Part shown: positions 9,890 through 13,590 of the stretch, piece by piece | Layout: each line of letters starts with the position of its first letter | Position numbering within the stretch: the first letter of the stretch is position 1 | Assembly (NCBI GenBank): GCA_016748015.1 | Contig: JAAOMT010000173.1 | Span: 1-13,590 of the forward strand | Source: Geosiphon pyriformis uo1 | Taxonomy: Eukaryota > Fungi > Glomeromycota | DNA: 13,590 bases | Reading direction: 5' to 3' | Made by a program: the position numbers and the translations under genes | Notes under the pieces: generated by a model | Seen by the model: the letters and a program-made list of their open reading frames with translations, nothing else | What the model was told of the DNA's origin: nothing | Databases searched by the model: none

Positions 9890-10830
9890 TATATTTTAAA
9901 ACATATCTAATATTTTAACTAAAATAACCTTTAACAATAAAATCTTGATACCAAATTTAACTGTTTACTTCTTTATAAATTATTGAAAGTTTTAAACAGT
10001 TCATATATTATACAAATATTCTAAATTCTTTTTTCAATTAATTACATGTAAAAATAATTTCGCTTTATAAACTTTATTTTAAAAAAAGTTTATTATATTT
10101 GATAAAAATATTTTTATAATTTAAATTTTTATTTCTCATTACTATCTTAATACAAAATTTTTTAAAAATTCCAAAAATTTGTTGATATTATTTGAATTTT
10201 AAAAAAAAATTTTGAGAACTTTTTATATTGATATAATTTATTTTCTGATTTTTCAAAAAAAATAATTTCAAAAAATTATAAAAATTTCAATAATCATATT
10301 TTCTTTTATTTTATTTGACTTTCAAAAGATAATGAATTTATTGTTTAAAATTAAAATATTTACTCTAAAATAGAAAGTTAATCTTATAAATTAAATAGTA
10401 ATTACATCTCAAAAGTTCTAAAGCTAGTAACTTCGAAACTCAAATGTGTTTTAATAGTTTTAATCAATATTTAACATCATCTCAACTCTTTCAAATTTAA
10501 TTGCAAGATAAAATAACATAGTAACAAATTACAACTGAATTTATTTAATATTTAGGCTTCTACTTTTTCTTTTTATAATATTTAAATGTTTTTGATTGCA
10601 TAAAATTTTTTAAATGAAAATTTTTTTAATTTAAAATGCTGAAATATTCATTTTAACATCTTTAAAATTTAAAATGCTGAATTATTTTAATTTTTTGAAA
10701 AATTACAAGTTTGTTTACTTTTTTATTTAACATTTTGTCTATAAAATTTAAATTTTTAACAAAAAAAAAAAGAATAAATACAAATGCAAAAATGAAAAAA
10801 AATTACAAATGAAAGAAGAATTAGAATGGG
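9890..10830. other. Extremely AT-rich low-complexity block (possible old transposon decay)
   Basis: Very few G/C, many A/T runs, no ORFs in the track; a similar block lies at ~1700-2800. Confidence 0.6.
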
Positions 10831-11739
10831 TGAAAATCTATATACTATATATACTTTAGATGCTCAATTATTAAACATAAAGTTTAATAATTGAGTTTTC
10901 ATGAACAAAGTGATAATGAATTATTATATGATTGTTTAAGATGATAATTTATCGATGCTTTTTTCGGTACCTCAAACATAAGATAGAAAAGAAGCCATGT
11001 GAGGTTAAAGACAGTTGAAAATAGAGCTTTTACGATAAAAGATTCTTTTCGTATCTTGTGTCGACATGCTAAAAATTTAGAAATTAAAAATGTTTTAGAT
11101 GTTAAAAGAGACCTTTGATTAATAATAATATCTTTGGGTGAGCAGAAAATAATTGTTTACCAAACATGCTGAGCCACCCACCGAAAACCCCTAAGTTGTG
11201 AATGAAATATCATAAAAATTTTAATTAAAAAATATTTTCAATTGGAGTGTTTAGTACTTCTTATTCATAATTTCTTACCAGTTGTCCAAAGCCACAAAAG
11301 TAATTCACGTTCAGATGTTCGCCAATTTTGTAAAATTGATTGCTTTTTATCAAACCAAAAAACTAGCCAAGTCACTATATTTATTACAAGTATTGGGGGT
11401 GCTAGCTGTTGTACACCTATTATAAACACTCCTAAATGTTGTAGAAACGGCTAGTTTCTTAGTGAATAATTAAAGTTATGATTTGAAAAAAGAAACGCGA
11501 TTTTTTACCTTTAGAATGGTAGCCATGTTTTCTTGCTGTCATGTGCAAAATAGTTGCCGTTTTCAGAGTTTGATACGCCAACCATATAGTTAATATGACG
11601 CGTAAAGTAGAAAGTAAACTTTTTCGTGTTCGTCTCATTTCTAGCTTTAGTTTATAATTGCTTGTGGAAATTTAGGAAATGATAATCTTTTTGCAAAATT
11701 GTTGAAAACTTTTGCCGCGTAAATTGGGCTCGAACTTGG

Positions 11740-11760
11740 TATTTATTTATTTATTTATTT
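11740..11760. repeat. (TATT)5 microsatellite
   Basis: tatttatttatttatttattt. Confidence 0.85.
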
Positions 11761-12707
11761 GTGTTTTTGCTGTATCGCTCGAAAATTAATAATCTTTATT
11801 CATTTTTCAATTGTTTGAGGGAAATTATTATTATTTCTATCATAGATTTGACATTTTTGATTATTGCATGAATCCAATCATTTATTGGGAACCTTTCCGC
11901 TTCCACTTTACCTTTTCTCATGACCTCCGCATTTTGACTAATAAGGCCTTTCTAAAATGAGAAATTTTCATATCTCTTCAATACTTCTATCATGAAAAGC
12001 CAGCATTTCTAACTAAACCAAAAAACAATAGTATTAACATCGACAATATCATTTAAAATTAATATTATACTCTCAATTACCTCTAAAGGTAACTTTTGAT
12101 TATCTTTTTGGTCTGTATAACAGTATAGGTTCTAAGTTGGAATTTGTAATAATTGTCATTAGTATATTGGGCGCTGGAATTACCTGGCATACGAATTTCT
12201 GGTGCTGTTTCCTTTTTCATACGTTCTAGCGCTTTTCTAGACAGTTGAGGCATTCATCGTACATTAAATCAATCAGAACTGGTGACAGCATTGTTGATTT
12301 TCGGCTCGAAAGGGGATGTACCACGTTCATTATCACCTTTTAGTGTGTGATTTGGCTATCAAGTTCGATCAAAATGGTTTAGCTGTAATAAATAAAAATG
12401 ATGGATTCCTCGGTTTAAATGACATCGAAAAATTGCTGGTGCTCAGAAATGCGGTGATGGAAGCGGGGTAAAATTTGCAGACGCATCGTTGATATTGCAA
12501 TGTGTCAAATCAATTACATTTTGGTTTCACGGCTTGTGCCACAAAAGTTTGTGTGTGACTCTGTAAAATGAATTATGAACAATGATTACTGTAAAGTGCT
12601 TGAGAATTGTTTTCGTATATTCAAATTTTTTAATCTAAATTTTTTGTAGGAAAAAGCGGTGTGATTCGCGACAATTAGAGTGATAGAGCCTCGGATTTTT
12701 TTCTTTA

Positions 12708-12930
12708 TCTTGCCTTTTAGATAGGTCAGCAAGTAGGAAATGTAATTTCCTTTAACTTCTAAATTAAGTAAATAACTTCACTCAAATAAACTATTGTTAC
12801 AAAATTAGGAGGCAACATAGATATCTAAAAATCAGGAAAATCTTAAAGCTAATTAAAGCCTTAAAATAACTCGCACGGTCTTTGAATCACAAGTTTACCG
12901 TTTTCTCAACTATGTTTATCTGCCATTGTT
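12708..12930. repeat. Diverged inner inverted-homology block, right (pairs with ~1134-1390)
   Basis: Contains gcaagtagga, actcaaataaactattgtt, actcgcacggtcttt and ttatctgccattgtt, the reverse complements of the left anchors. Confidence 0.92.
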
Positions 12931-13208
12931 CTGCACACATTTTTCCTAAGCTTTTTTATTAATTATATCATATAAATTACTATTACAAATACTATTGCTC
13001 GAAACGTCGACAAGTATTTCTTTTAATTTATCAGTCAGGTAATAGATCTGAGTGTTGACTTACTTTATGGAAAAAGTAATTAGTAATCAAATTAAGGATG
13101 ACGATGAAAGGATTATTAATTAATTGCGTAGACCTATTAATCTAATCACTATAAAATGATGTCGCGTCACTATATTACTAAAACTAAGTTTCATAAAATC
13201 GACTCGAA

Positions 13209-13590
13209 ATGGTTGCAAAAAATACTCGCGTCATTATCGTAACTGGAGCTGTACGTTATTTTTAAGAATTCACGTTGTCTAAACGAGTGGGCATTAATCC
13301 TTGAAAATGTTAATTAATAAATTCTAAACTTTGGTTTCAACAGAATAAGGGAATCGGTAAAGCAATAGTCAAAGGTATTGCTAAAGAATATGCTCATGAC
13401 CAGCCTGGAGCCTCTCAAAAACTCGTCATCTATCTCACGGCACGAGATACGGAACGTGGAACCCTGGCTCTTCAAGAATTAAGCTCAGAATTAGAAAAGG
13501 ATCGAGTATTAGTCTCTGATGGCGGCTTAGTTGAAATTAAATTTTTTCAACTAAATGTTATCGATGATGAAAGCGTTAGGGAGTTTAAAA
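13209..13590 (+). CDS. Classical SDR oxidoreductase, carbonyl reductase (CBR1-like), copy B; 5' part only (exon 1 13209-13250, intron 13251-13343, exon 2 13344->13590)
   Basis: Exact reverse complement of copy A across exons and intron. ATG at 13209; the VTGA|NKGIG motif is split by the intron; the frame stays open to the window end. Confidence 0.93.
13251..13343 (+). other. Spliceosomal intron 1 of SDR copy B (93 nt)
   Basis: gtacgt...ttggtttcaacag; removal restores the reading frame. Confidence 0.9.

Larger units (their letters stand above)
12978..13590. repeat. Right arm of near-perfect inverted repeat (pairs with 1-613)
   Basis: Reverse complement of 1-613 with one substitution and no indels. 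Confidence 0.98.

Noticed and set aside
11242-11454. 70-aa Cys-containing ORF (also open on the antisense strand)
   Set aside because: TTG start, no recognisable motif, strand cannot be decided.
614-12977. Mating-type locus inside the invertible-looking segment
   Set aside because: No homeodomain or HMG-box coding sequence recognised.
1-13590. Whole window as a giant TIR transposon, Polinton or linear plasmid
   Set aside because: No transposase, integrase, polymerase or capsid ORF; the repeats are a spliced host enzyme gene cut mid-exon.

Overview
AT-rich eukaryotic DNA with short GT-AG introns and microsatellites, most consistent with a fungus (Glomeromycota/Mucoromycota-like by style; this is inference). 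The dominant structure is a large inverted duplication. Bases 1-613 are the reverse complement of 12978-13590 (612/613 identical). Each arm carries the promoter-proximal region and 5' part of the same intron-containing short-chain dehydrogenase/reductase (carbonyl-reductase-like), transcribed outwards. Inside these arms the inverted homology continues in older, diverged form (about 80%, then weaker), interrupted on the left by a ~0.5 kb insertion that starts with a GC hairpin. The ~12.4 kb spacer holds one plausible small two-exon gene missed by the ORF track (87 aa, acidic then basic), several possible decayed coding relics, microsatellites and extremely AT-rich blocks. I recognised no RNA genes, CRISPR arrays or intact transposases.
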